A DNA stretch of 64,000 nt from Octopus vulgaris. Its lineage: Eukaryota. Of this stretch, positions 50,586 through 62,646 are shown piece after piece (the stretch's first letter is position 1; each line of letters opens with the position of its first letter). The notes below the pieces were generated by a model. The model saw only the letters and a program-made list of their open reading frames with translations. It was not told the origin of the DNA and searched no databases. The stretch spans positions 107,136,001-107,200,000 of the forward strand of contig OX597814.1 of NCBI GenBank assembly GCA_951406725.2. The letters are read 5' to 3'. The position numbers and the translations under genes were made by a program.

Positions 50586-50797
50586 ATGCCTGGAGATTCT
50601 TCTGACGATACTACTACCTCTGCTCAAAGCAAAGAAGCGACAAGTACAGAAGATCCGGCCAAAACTGAAACACCGGCTCCCAAAGAAATGAAAGCAGTGG
50701 TTTTAACAGGTTTTGGGGGTCTGAAAATGGTCAAAATCCAAACGAAACCGCAACCAACAGCCGGAGAAGGACAAGTTCTCATTCGGGTTAAAGCTTG
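50586..50797 (+). CDS. VAT1L: Coding exon 1 of synaptic vesicle membrane protein VAT-1 homolog(-like), MDR/quinone oxidoreductase family
   Basis: MPGDSS...KEMKAVVLTGFGGLKMVKIQTKPQPTAGEGQVLIRVKA matches the VAT1/VAT1L N-terminus (MRAVVLAGFGGL...KIRVKACGLNF). Good start context ACCATG. The exon ends GCT TG|GTAAGA, a phase-2 donor splitting the Cys codon. No exon 2 (GLNF...) was found before 64000. Confidence 0.92.
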
Positions 50798-52758
50798 GTA
50801 AGAGTCACTTTATTCTTGTAGTGTTCTCAACAAACATTTCTCTTATTGTTACTAAAATATATATTTATTTAAGAAAACTAAAAGAAATTCTAAATAAGTT
50901 ATTCCATTTTGCAGCCCTTTCATCCTACATAAATGAAATTGTATTATTATTATTTTTTTTTAATTCAATCTCACATGAATGAAAAAAAATGACAGAACAC
51001 TTTTGTTAAAGTGAAGATTTTGTCGTGGTAAACTTAGCCACATGTCGTTATCACTAGAACGTTTACCGTTTGTTTGTAAACAGGACGGTGACCTTCAACA
51101 GGTGCGAAATTTCTTTATGGACCTCTACCCTGTTTAAATTGACAAGACACTATAAGATAATAAGTGAAAATGGTTTTATCTTCAGCACTCAAAATGAATT
51201 CAGTAAATATTTTCACTGAAATAAAGTCCATTCTGTGAGGTACTCGTACCATATGTCGCTTCTCTTAGAATACAAATTGGTTGCGCACGCCACTACCGCC
51301 ACTTTCATTCCTCTTGCAAGTAAATAAATTCTAAGATATACACTTATTTTTAAGGAGTCGACGAATAATATCTCGAAGTTATTTTATTTTTCTGATTGTT
51401 TGTTTCAGAGTAACCTTTACCTTAGCAAAATATATTTATTTATTTACCTAGAAAGGTTTCTTACGTGAAACCTATTTTAAAATGTTAGTCTTTCATATTT
51501 CGAATTCATTAACTTGTTGAGGAGATCGCAGTCTTTTTCCATATCAAAAATGTTTTTATTGTGCTTCTTTAGCGAACCTTATTCATGTATCCCCACCCTT
51601 ATCTTACCGGAAAAAGTTTTAGAAAACCCAGATCTCTCTTTTTTAAAAAAAAAAAAACTTTCAACAGAATATTTTGCTATTCATCCATCTCTCCTCCACC
51701 ATCGTCTCTCTTTTCTGGAATCTCCACGGATCTTTTATTTAATGAAAACCTATATAAACAAGCAGTAACGAGAAAGAAAGAATTTATTCTCTATTTCTTA
51801 TTACTCAAGTTCTTGTTATTTTATACAATAGAACAACAGCACAATGAGGTGCCAATTCTTCAACGATGGCAATGTGTATCGTTAGGTTTTAAAGCGGGGG
51901 CGTGCATCAGGTTTCGAAGAGTGTTGCAGTCACCGAAGCATTTGATCACATTGGTTGTTTATAAACTGAATAATTTATTGTCAATCAAGAATCAATAAAG
52001 CACAAGAAAAAAAAAACTTTCATACAATAAAGTTTTTATCATTTTCTCTCCTATTTTCTAAATCATATTTTGTTCTATTTTTTCCTTTCGTTGTTTTTTT
52101 TTTTAAATCACGTTTAAATTAATTTGTTTAAACTTTTCTTGTCCAGTTTATCTGAAGACCTCGTTGTTTTCCCCTCAAAGTCTGTTGTGTATCTTTCCGA
52201 AAAGAAAACCGTTTCAACGGAACAATTTATGAAGCTATCATGAAAAGTTTATTAAAATTCACTAACTCTTTTGCCTACATAATTCAGGGGATCGTTCACC
52301 CCCAGAGATGTTGATAATAGTAATGATGATTTCTTTTATAATAATAATAATAATAGATTTAGATGTAAGATAGAACACGGCTGTTGAGTTGAAAATATCT
52401 AATTTGATTCGAGAACATGAGCACGTATTCGTGTGAATATAATACTTTCTCTTTAGAAACACAAATAGCCCAATTTACATAGTGGGATATCGCAATTGGA
52501 CGGTTATTTTCTACAATATTATAGTATTTACTTTCTTCAAGATGAGAATCTTCTAAAACCGTTCGAAGACGGTTTACCGAGGAAGGAGCCCAATTATTTG
52601 GTTGTTGCCACTTTCAGATTTGGTCTTGAGATCCATATGTTCAATAGATTGTCAGCCAGATAAGGAAATCGTTATTTCTATATTCTTCAAACAGCTGTTA
52701 GCTAGGAACCGCATCACTTAAGATAGCAATTTAATGATCTGGTGTGCGGGCGGGCGTG

Positions 52759-52815
<57 letters not shown>

Positions 52816-54131
52816 CTATTGCTGCTTAGATACGAATTGCGTGTAAAAGCTCGTTCACAGATTTAATTTCCATCATATAAAGATCACAGATGAAATCCAA
52901 AGTCCACAAATGGGATGTTAATCTTTGTTTTTTTTTTTTCGCTAGTTTTTCGTTAGTTACGTAGATAAACACACAGCTTCTATTATAACAGAATATTTTC
53001 TCGTGTTTCCTGCAGTTTTTGCTAACAACAAATTGATTGAATTCCAAACACCTTCAATGACCTTGAGGAGTTAACACCATTGATCTACGAGATGGGACAG
53101 TATTTAATTTATATTCCCAGCTAATGAACAGGACAAATTAATCAGTTTAACAGACAAAGGAGGGGATCTGTGGTGTTAATTAATTTTTTGATATTTTGGT
53201 TATTTCTTTAGTTTCTTTCTTCGAACAATAGGGTTGAAGAATGTAAGACCGGTTGACCAAATTTCCTAGAAATCGGTTTATAGAATGGAATCCATTGCAT
53301 GGAATTATATTCCAAGTTTGGGAAATTATTCTCCAATGTAGATTTTCATAGATTTGGTATTTATTGTCAGAACAAGGATTTTGTCCAGTTGGACATAGTT
53401 AATATTGAACATATGGTAAGTGAGATATATCTGGTACCACCAATATGTCTGTGAGGTGAGCAAATCAATGTCCAAGACATCCTGGGAATTCTTTTGGAGC
53501 GAGTTTAACTGATGACACATGCATCTTATTTTTGGTTTAATGATGTGTAAGGCTACTTGTATATTGGTGTGAGTATTGTTAAGTGAAACTAAAGCAGTGG
53601 TTCCTAGCTGCGGCCCTCAGTGATCTTTCTTCTATAAATGAGTGTTACTGTCATACAAACAGCATCATTCATTTCTCCAATATTCTATGAGAACATATCT
53701 GAACATGGAGAAATATTACTTTGCTTGGAAACGGGCGACAGTTTGGTGCCTGGCCATAGAAAATCTACTTCAAAAAAATTTCATCCGACTTGTTCAAATA
53801 TAGAAAAGTGGATGTTAAAATTGTGTGTGTGTGCACCCTTGGCTTCATGTAATGATTGTAAATGAGCATCCCCATCATACAAGCAAGGTTGTATGACGAA
53901 ATATTAACCTTGTTCGGAATCAAGTGAAGGTTAGTGATTAAAAGGTCATTCTCCAGCCATGGTAGATCTGCTTCAATGAATTCCATCTGACTCATGGAAA
54001 AGTGGGTATTAAATGATGCCCTAACTAGTGACTTCATCTCGAAAAGGGAACATTAAAAAGTGTAATAAGGATCACCATTATGAACCTTTAGGCTTGCTCA
54101 ATACTTTCCAATCATTATTTTCACTAATATA

Positions 54132-54312
54132 CAGGGCTGGCCAAAAGTCACCTGACAGTAAATCAAAACCATTTAATTCCACGATTTATTTATATTTAAC
54201 AACTGAATGAATTTAATAAAAGCATCTAAATATGAAACCTCGTGAAAATTGTTCAAACAGATAGTATTTATGGAATTTTGTTTTACTGTCGGGTGACTTT
54301 TGGCCAACCCTG
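54132..54312. mobile_element. Tc1/mariner-type MITE
   Basis: ~31-bp TIRs CAGGGCTGGCCAAAAGTCACCTGACAGTAAA / TTTACTGTCGGGTGACTTTTGGCCAACCCTG; TA on the left, TG on the right. Confidence 0.85.
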
Positions 54313-55373
54313 TGTATAAGTCAAGGTGACAATATTACAATCTCAGAATCATTGTGTGTGAATGTCTTGGTACTTTCCTCACTCGTCATTGTCTCACTCT
54401 CCTTACTCCACCGGCACATATGCATTATTGGTTAACCTTTCTTCCCCAACATTGCAGCTCACTGGAACATTATCTGTCTTTCAGCCCCTATTTTCTCCCC
54501 ATTGTCACCAGCCTACCGTTACTCGTCAGTGGTGTCATTGCTGCCACCCTGAAATAAAACCTGCAAAGATCTTGGCTGCCTCTCCTCTTCTAACCAAATG
54601 ATTTTCAAATTTTGGCACAAGGCCAGCAATTTTGAGGGGAAGTGGTTAGGCAATGAGATCAACCCCAAGTACTTGAGTGGTACTTTATCAACCTGATGGA
54701 AGTTGAACTCAGAATGTAGAGAGCCAGAAGAAATACCATTGAGCCTTTTGTTCAGTGTGCTAGGGATTCTGTCAGTGCCCGACTTTCCCTTCTGACCAAA
54801 TAACAGAATCATCATCATTCAAAGTCCATTTTCCATGCTGGCATGGATTGGACAGCTTGACAGGAACTGGTAAGACTGGGAGCTGCATCAGGCTCCAATT
54901 GTCTGTTTTGGCATGGTTTCTACAACTGGAGGCCTTTCTAATGCCAACCACTTTACTGTGTGGACTGGATGCACCAGAGATGAAATGAAAACAAGAAATC
55001 CATTTATTCAGTGTTTGAACTTGACTTTCAGAGGTCCCCCTCCCCACCACCAAAGAGGACAATTAGTATTAATCACTTCTTTTGCATTGGGGCTACCTTT
55101 TGATGTTACCAATTATCTTTCAATGAGGGTTTAATGGTTTATAAAAAAACCCACTTGATCAATCTCCTCACCATTATATTAAATGGTTGCAGTTGCTTTG
55201 AATGAGTTTTATAAGTGCATTAGTCTAAAATGTTTCCCTTTTCCATTTTTTTGTAAGGGAGTCATTCTACAACAAGAAATCTGTTCAGTTCTATATTTAA
55301 GAGATGAGAAATTATGTATGTTATTTACATTACTTACATTTGACGGATATTTGTCCTCATCTTGTTTGCTGTT

Positions 55374-55419
55374 AACACAACATTTCGGCTGATATACCCT
55401 CCAGCCTTCATCAGGTGTC
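55374..55419 (-). ncRNA. Minimal type I hammerhead ribozyme motif
   Basis: Minus strand: GACAC CTGATGA A GGCTG GAGGGTATAT CAGCC GAAAT GTT GTGTT; stems I and II intact, GUU triplet. Confidence 0.78.
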
Positions 55420-55454
55420 TTAGGAATGATAACCCAGGTTCGACATTTCCTCAA

Positions 55455-55499
55455 GACACCTGATGAAGGCTGGAGGGTATATCAGCCGAAACATTGTGT
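55455..55499 (+). ncRNA. Minimal type I hammerhead ribozyme motif
   Basis: GACAC CTGATGA A GGCTG GAGGGTATAT CAGCC GAAAC ATT GTGT. Confidence 0.75.
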
Positions 55500-56074
55500 A
55501 ACAACAAACAAGATGAGGACAAATATCTGTCAAATGTAAATGTAAAGAAATCTATTTCCCTTTTTTTTTTCTTCATAGTTTGACTCCTCCACGTCAACCA
55601 TAAAGCTACTTTCTTCTCCACTCTGTTATCGCACAGTAGAGGTGTTATATTTAGCCTTGAGTGTTACATGGCAACCTCACTGGTGCTGGTGCTACATTAA
55701 AAGCACTTGGTACACCCTGAAGTGATTGGTGGCAGGAATATTGTCCAGCCATAGAAAGCAAAACTGGTATTGGACTATGATGCAGTCCTCTTTCAGAATT
55801 TGTCAATCTGTCCAACCCACACCAATGAGAAGATGGATATTAAATAAGTCAAAGTGGGGAGCAGCAGTGTTCATGGTGTCTTAATAGTTCTTTTGCAGAT
55901 AGGTGAGATTGATGGTGCTAATATCCATCTTGGACAGAAAAATAATCAGATGTCTGGTCCACACTAGACCCTTTGGTGATATTAGACCAGGCAGTGATAT
56001 GTCTGTCATCCCAAAATATTCAGTTTTAGAGTTGGTCTTGCGTCCACACTGCATTAAAAACATATTGATATCAG

Positions 56075-56281
56075 ATTTTAGCACAAGGCCTGCAATTTTG
56101 AGAGGGGTGGGTGAGTCAATTACATCAGCCTCCGGGGTTCAGCTGGTACTTAATTCATTGACCCTGAAAGGATGAAAAGCAGAGTTGTCCTCGGTGGAAT
56201 TTGAACTCGGGAAGTAAGGGCAGATGAAATGCTGCTAAGCATTGTGCCTGGCGTGCTAACCATTCTCCCAGCTTGCCGCCT
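56075..56281 (-). mobile_element. SINE family B monomer, CpG-decayed
   Basis: Reverse-complement match to the consensus. Confidence 0.8.
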
Positions 56282-56824
56282 TGCATTGCAAATCTATATT
56301 AAAAGCAAAATTCCAAAACTGAAAGAGAATTGAGTTCCAGCTTTACCAAAGTTGTGGTCAAATTGATTTTCTCTCTTCAGTAATTCTGGGATGAGGCACA
56401 TTTCTCTTTGGGGGTCTTGAGCATCCTTCACTTGGTAATGTTAAGAATAAATTGCAAGGGCATGGAAACAAATGTAAAATGGTGTGGACACACGTAAAGT
56501 TTACATTCTCCTGGCAGACTCTGGCAGTCTCTCTTATTTCCTCTGACCCACAACAATGGATCAAAACGATCCTACAAAAACTGAATGAAAATATTCAGGT
56601 GCTATTATAGTAAGGTGTCAAGTTGCAGAATTGTTACTGTGCTTTGCCCTTCATCCCTTTTAGGGTCAATAAAATAAGGTACCTTTATTGACAACCACCA
56701 CTCTCTTATCAATCAGTCTTGCCTCTCTGTGTTGTTGCCAACCTCTCTCTCTCTCACTCACCCATCACAATGCCTGAGTAAAACAGGTTCCCATCTCATC
56801 TGATGAAACTTCATATACCTGCCC

Positions 56825-57155
56825 ATTCTCTCACTCTTCTTCATTCTCACTCTTCTTCATTCTCACTCTTCTTCATTCTCACTCTTCCTCCCTCTCTCTC
56901 ACTCTTCCTCCCTCTCTCTCACTCTTCCTCCTCTCTCACTCTTCCTCCTCTCTCACTCTTCCTCCTCTCTCACTCTTGCTCCTCTCTCTCACTCTTGCTC
57001 CTCTCTCTCACTCTTGCTCCTCTCTCTTCCTTGCTCTTCCTCTCTCCCTCGCTCTTCCTCCCTCCTCTCTCCCACTCTCCCTCTCTCTCACTCTCCCACT
57101 CTCCCTCTCTCTCTCATTCTTTATCACTGTCACTCTCCTCTCCCCCACCTCTCTC
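56825..57155. repeat. CT-rich minisatellite-like tract (CTCTCACTCTTCCTC units)
   Basis: Direct inspection. Confidence 0.85.
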
Positions 57156-58088
57156 ACAATCATATTGCTGTCATTAATTTATTGACCCTGAAAGGATGAA
57201 AGGCAAAGTCGACCTCAGTGGAATTTGAACTCAGAATGTAAAGACAGACAAAATACCACTAATTTTTCCCAGTGTGCTAACATTTCTGCCAGCCTGCTGC
57301 TTTAGAAACTACAAGACAATGGATGATTAATTCAAAACAATTGGAATAAATAAGAATTACATTTGACAAAAAAAACTGAAAGTAAAACGGTTAAATAAGT
57401 GAAAAAGCTATAATTGTTAGTCTTTTTGTACAATAAATTTACAAACTCCACAAAATATTCACTTTCCTTTGCATCTGGTATGAGCATAAATTCATTTTGA
57501 GATTCCTGCATTGTTGTTGTCAAATGAATGTACAAATGGAGAGAAACTGATGCATTTTTTCCATCCAGAGGTAGTTGAAGCACCTTGTTGTTGTGTTGTG
57601 CTATCTAGAATATCCTCCTCATCTTCTGTCTCACCTGATGACAAAGAAAATTCAGGAAAAAGCTTCAATTTTGTATAAATCTTCCATCTGCAACTTGCAC
57701 CAACTGATCATGGCTGTTTGCCAGCCTCCTCTGGCACGTAAAAAGCACCCACTACACTCTCGGAGTGGTTGGCGTTAGGAAGGGCATCCAGCTGTAGAAA
57801 CACTGCCAAATCAGACTAGAGCTTGGTGCAGCCTCCATGGCTTACTAGACCCCAGTCGAACCGTCCAACCCATGCCAGCATGGAAAACGGATGTTAAATG
57901 ATGATTTCTGCCATTGATAAGGACTGCTTCCACTTAAAACACATTTCACAAAGTAGCTGCTGGAGCATCAAATGACAATGGCTGTGTCCGTGGAAAATTT
58001 TTGAAACCTTAATTCATGATGTCTGCTGTTCTCTAACGAAACATCAGTTCATGATGTCCACCATTTAAGAGTTAAACACTTGACAATG

Positions 58089-58241
58089 ACATTATTTACA
58101 TTTGATGGATATTTCTCCTCATCTTGTTTGTTGTTAACACAACGTTTCGGCTGAGATACCCTCCAGCCACAAGCATATGGCATTGTGGTTAAGAGCGCGG
58201 GCTACTAATCCCAAGATTCCAAGTTTGATTCCAGGCAGTAA

Positions 58242-58282
<41 letters not shown>

Positions 58283-58454
58283 TTGAAAAATACCTTAGGA
58301 ATGAGAACCCAGGTTTGAAATTTCCCCAAGACACCTGATGAAGGCTGGAGGGTATATCAGCCGAAACATTGTGTTAACAACAAACAAGATGAGGACAAAT
58401 ATCTGTCAAATATAAATAATGTACATAATTCCTCATTTCTTAAATGTAGAACTG
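58089..58454 (+). mobile_element. tRNA-headed, hammerhead-tailed element with a 5' inverted partial copy of its 3' end
   Basis: Inverted arm 58089-58168; A box 58178-88; B box 58222-32; (TAA)n 58246-80; HHR 58330-58375; terminus ..TAGAACTG. Confidence 0.8.
58330..58375 (+). ncRNA. Minimal type I hammerhead ribozyme motif
   Basis: GACAC CTGATGA A GGCTG GAGGGTATAT CAGCC GAAAC ATT GTGTT. The inverted arm retains the ancestral GAAACGTT. Confidence 0.78.
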
Positions 58455-59252
58455 AACTTGAGAATGACATTTTTATCTTTTACTTGTTTGTCGTATGACT
58501 GTGGTCATGCTGAGACACAAACTTGAAGTATTTTGCCAACTGGTCTCACTTGCTAACAACCATCCCACTCACAAATATCCAATGTTATATCATGCCTACA
58601 CCTCAAAGACATAATGGCATTCTGGGGAGTCAATATAACATTGGAACTTGTAATAAATTCTTCTGCCACAAACAATGGAGATGCTGCACTGAACTGTCTT
58701 GGGCAGTCTGTAGGCCATCTGAAAATCATTTTGGGCAGTATGGCACTCTGCTTAAAGCCTTCAGAAATTGGAATAAGCTCTGAGTTAATGGGCCTGCAGG
58801 GTAGAGACAAGAAGTAGAGAAAGATGATGGTATTAGTAACGCTAGCTCAAGTCCACCTTCTCTAATAATAAATGTCAAAACAAATTTCTGTGTGTCAGTG
58901 TGTCACACTTTGACCCTGGTAGTGGTGGTGGTAGCTGAGGCGATCAAGCATGACTGTGATAGTAAGGGATAGTGGTGAGGGTGGTGGAGGAGAAGGCAGC
59001 AAAGTCAAAGGTGTTGATGGTGATGGCATCCAAAGTCTGAATGGTGTGTGTATGGCAGTTGTGGTTGTGATGGTGATGGTTGAGAACAATCAACAGAAAG
59101 AGAGAGAGAAAGAAAGACGTTAGACAGAAAAAAAATTGTACTGACCTCTCCCCTCATCCCCAAATGTAAAGGCAAAAAAATGTTGTTTATCATGAAGCTT
59201 TGCAATAAGTTCCAAGTCAACAAATTATATCCTTGTTTTGATGAAAATTGTT

Positions 59253-59890
59253 CTGTGTGGTAAGAAGCTTGCTTCCCAACCATATGGTTCCAGGTTCAGT
59301 CTCACTGTGTGGCGCCTTGGGCAAGTGTCTTCTACTATAGCCCCTGGCTGACCAAAGCCTTCTGAGTAGATTTGGTAGACGGGAACTGAAAGAAGCCCGT
59401 CGTCATTGCCAGTGCTGCTGGACTGACTCCTGTGCAGGTGGCACGTAAAAAACACCATTTTCGAGCATGGCCGTTGCCAGTACCGGCTGACTGGCCCTTG
59501 TGCTGGTGGCACATAAAAACACCCACTACACTCTCAGAGTGGTTAGCGTTAGGAAGGGCATCCAGCTGTAGAAACTCTGCCAGATCAGATTGGAACCTGG
59601 CGCAGCCATCTGGTTCGCCAGACCTCAGTCAAATCGTCCAACCCATGCTAGCATGGAAAGCGGACGTTAAACGATGATGATGATGATATATATATATGTG
59701 TGTTTGTCCCCACAACATCGCTTGTCAACTGATGCTGGTGTATTTGCGTCCCTGTAACTTATTGGTTTCAGCAAAAGTGACAGATAGAATAAGTACTAGG
59801 CTTACAAAGAATGAGACCTGGCGTCAGTTTGCTCGACTAAATGCAGTGCTCCAGCATGGCCACAGTCAGATGACTGAAACAAATAAAAGA
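59253..59890 (+). mobile_element. SINE family C with a family D element (59401-59687) inserted at its internal microsatellite
   Basis: Family C 5' half ends at aagcccgtcgt; D modules and (GAT)n follow; the C 3' half resumes after (TA)n. Confidence 0.85.
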
Positions 59891-60504
59891 ATGTACTTAA
59901 TGCACGAAGTGTCATTAATTGGCTCAGGGCCCAACAGAGACCCCTCCACAGGAGCCAGCTTAAGCAGTTAGACTATAACGGACACTCACGAACAAGTATG
60001 ACTTGGGTAGTTATGAGCCGACATAGACACCCTCCTGGTCCTCTCTTTCAACATGTGAAACATCTGGAATGTGACAGCTGGAAGGAGGAGGAGACACCAC
60101 CAGCATATGACTGGTAGTCAGTCTCTCCAGCTGAACAATGGGAAGTGATGTCTTGTTCATAGAAATGACATGATGTTGTATCGATGACCTGAAAGTCCTG
60201 AGCCCAACATTAAATCAACCTAGATAAATGATTTCTGTTGTATAATACTGCTAGTCAGATATTTTAGAAAATACCAAATATGGCCAATGCCAGTGCTGCT
60301 TTGACTGGCTTCCGTGCCAGTGGTACGTAAAAAGCACCTTCCAATCATGGTTGATGCCAGCTCCTCTGGCCTCTGTGCCAGTGGCACATAAAAAGCACCC
60401 ACTACACTCTCGGAGTGGTTGGCGCTAGGAAGGGCATCCAGCTGTAGAAACTCTGATAGATCAGATTGGGGCCTGGTGCAGCCTCCTGGCTTCCCAGACT
60501 TTAA

Positions 60505-60732
60505 CTCTTTTGTTACCATATTTCTGTTGAAATCCACTGCTTCTTGTTTTAATTAATTTTGAAAATAACAAAGAATTTATTAAAATAACCATGTCATTCT
60601 TAAAATGGTGTTTGGAACTTAAATTAACAAGTAATTTTGATGGAAGGTTTTAATTTCAGTCACTTTAAAACATTAAGTGTATATCCTTAAGTCAAGAGTG
60701 ATGGTCTTGGGTGGCTTTGGTATCAAAATGGG
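60505..60732. mobile_element. piggyBac-type MITE
   Basis: TTAA|CTCTTTTGTTACC ... GGTATCAAAATGGG|TTAA. Confidence 0.7.
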
Positions 60733-60782
60733 TTAATCCAGATTTAAAGCAACAGAGCCAAAATGAAGACCTGTTTCAGTAG

Positions 60783-61010
60783 GGTGGCGAGCTGGCAGAA
60801 ACGTTAGCACACCGGGTGAAATGCTTAGCGGTATTTCATCTGTCATTACGTTCTTGAGTTCAAATTCCACTGAGATCAACTTTGCCTTTCATCCTTTCGG
60901 GGTCGATAAATTAAGTACCAGTTTCGCACTGGGGGTGATGTAATCGACTTAATCCCTTTGTCTGTCCTTGTTTGTCCCCTCTATGTTTAGCCCCTTGTGG
61001 ACAATAAAGA
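60783..61010 (+). mobile_element. SINE family B monomer
   Basis: Match to the consensus. Confidence 0.88.
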
Positions 61011-61939
61011 CAATCATCCAGTTTAGTCGATGGCCATATTTTATGTCCTTATCTTTATCATCATTATCTTCTCCATTGTGATCGGTCATCATCGTTATCA
61101 TTATCGTCATCATTGTCATTTAATGTCCAGCTTCCATGCTGTGTATTGCTATGTGTTTTATGTGTTAGTATGAAGACAAGTGCCGACCATTTGTTAGTTT
61201 GTCACAATGGAAGAATCTCTCTAATCAAAGATGAATGACAATGTGTGTGTGTGTGTGTGTGTTAAGATAAGCGCCACATGAAGGCAAGTGTTAATATAGA
61301 CAAACATATTCCAGTTTGCCATGATGTAACCATGGTTTCCTTCATATGCTGCTAGTGTTACTGCAGCATGGAAAGATTTCAGCAAAAAAATAATAATTCT
61401 GACTTGTGGTGCATCTAAGAATTGAGAATTGATTCCATTTGACAATGGCAGAGATTGTGAGAATGGAGAATGATCTATGATGGTCCTTTAAATATCTGGC
61501 TTCAATTGTAGAATGGAACAATATCATGACAAATCATGTTTCTCAGAATAAATACAAAACAAAATAAAACAACTATTATTGAAGAAATTTATTCTTTCTT
61601 TTATCCTCCTTAAAGAATTATTTTTAGCTCAAAGCCATATCGCTTTGGAACCACAAAGCTCTTCTTTGAAGAAAACCTCATTATTTTTAAATCCGATAAA
61701 GACAATGGCAAGGTTTCGGAATGATGGAAAGGAAAAATGCACTCGAGCATTTTTCCTTATTTATATTCATGCTTTGTTGTTCTGTTTTTTTTTTTTTAAT
61801 TTGTTTTTAATTAAAATTACAATTCATTTGACTTTTCATATCTTGAGGGTTGAGTAAATGAAGTACCTGTAATATATTAGGGCTGATGCTATTCTATTTT
61901 GCTCCTACAATACTGTCTGATACATGAAAAGTTCCTTTT

Positions 61940-62255
61940 GAGTGTTGGGCCTCACAAGCAATGACAAATGACCGAAACCCTTGGCATTATGCTGTGCTTC
62001 AGAAGAAAATCCATCAAATGCCAAATATCGCAGTTGTGGCAGATACTGGTGTCATGCAAATGGCACCTGTGCCGGTGGTACATAAGGCACCCATTACACT
62101 CTTGGAGTGGTTGACATTAGGGAGGGCATTCATCATTAGAAACCATGACAAATCAGACTGGAGTCTGGTGCAGCCTTCCAGCTTGCCAGCCCTCGTTAAA
62201 CTGTCCAACCCATGCCAACATGGACAATAGACATTTAATGATTATGATGATGATA
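61940..62255 (+). mobile_element. Family D short retroposon
   Basis: Match to 8930-9330 including the (GAT)n tail. Confidence 0.8.
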
Positions 62256-62267
62256 ATATATATATAT

Positions 62268-62436
62268 ATAATTGTTAAAGAGGACAACAAACATTAAGGC
62301 AAAGCGAACATCTCAAGTCATATACATTATTATTATTATTATTGGAAAAAGAACTTTTTTTCCAATAATAATAATAATGTATATGACTTGAGATGTTTGT
62401 CTTGCCTTAATGTTTGTTGTCCTCTTTAACAATTAT
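62268..62436. repeat. Near-perfect ~170-bp palindrome
   Basis: ATAATTGTTAAAGAGGACAACAAACATTAAGGCAA...TTGGAAAAA is mirrored with a spacer of only a few bases near 62352. Confidence 0.92.
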
Positions 62437-62572
62437 GTATCCGCTATATCGGAAATCTGCAATGGTTCCATAACTACCGCCTTGGCTATAACCTTGGAGC
62501 CCCAGTAATCTGTTACAGCACTTACCTAGCGTACCTAATTGTTTAGATCACCTGTGAACTAAACCCCCCTAC

Positions 62573-62643
<71 letters not shown>

Positions 62644-62646
62644 ATA

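Larger units (their letters stand above)
55286..55545. mobile_element. Palindromic non-autonomous Penelope-type element with a hammerhead in each arm
   Basis: ~90-bp inverted arms around a ~30-bp spacer; HHR motifs at 55374-55419 (-) and 55455-55499 (+). Confidence 0.85.

Noticed and set aside
50586-50801. Complete 71-aa protein ending in Trp, as given in the ORF track
   Set aside because: The TGG-TAA end overlaps the GTAAGA splice donor; this is exon 1 of a longer gene.
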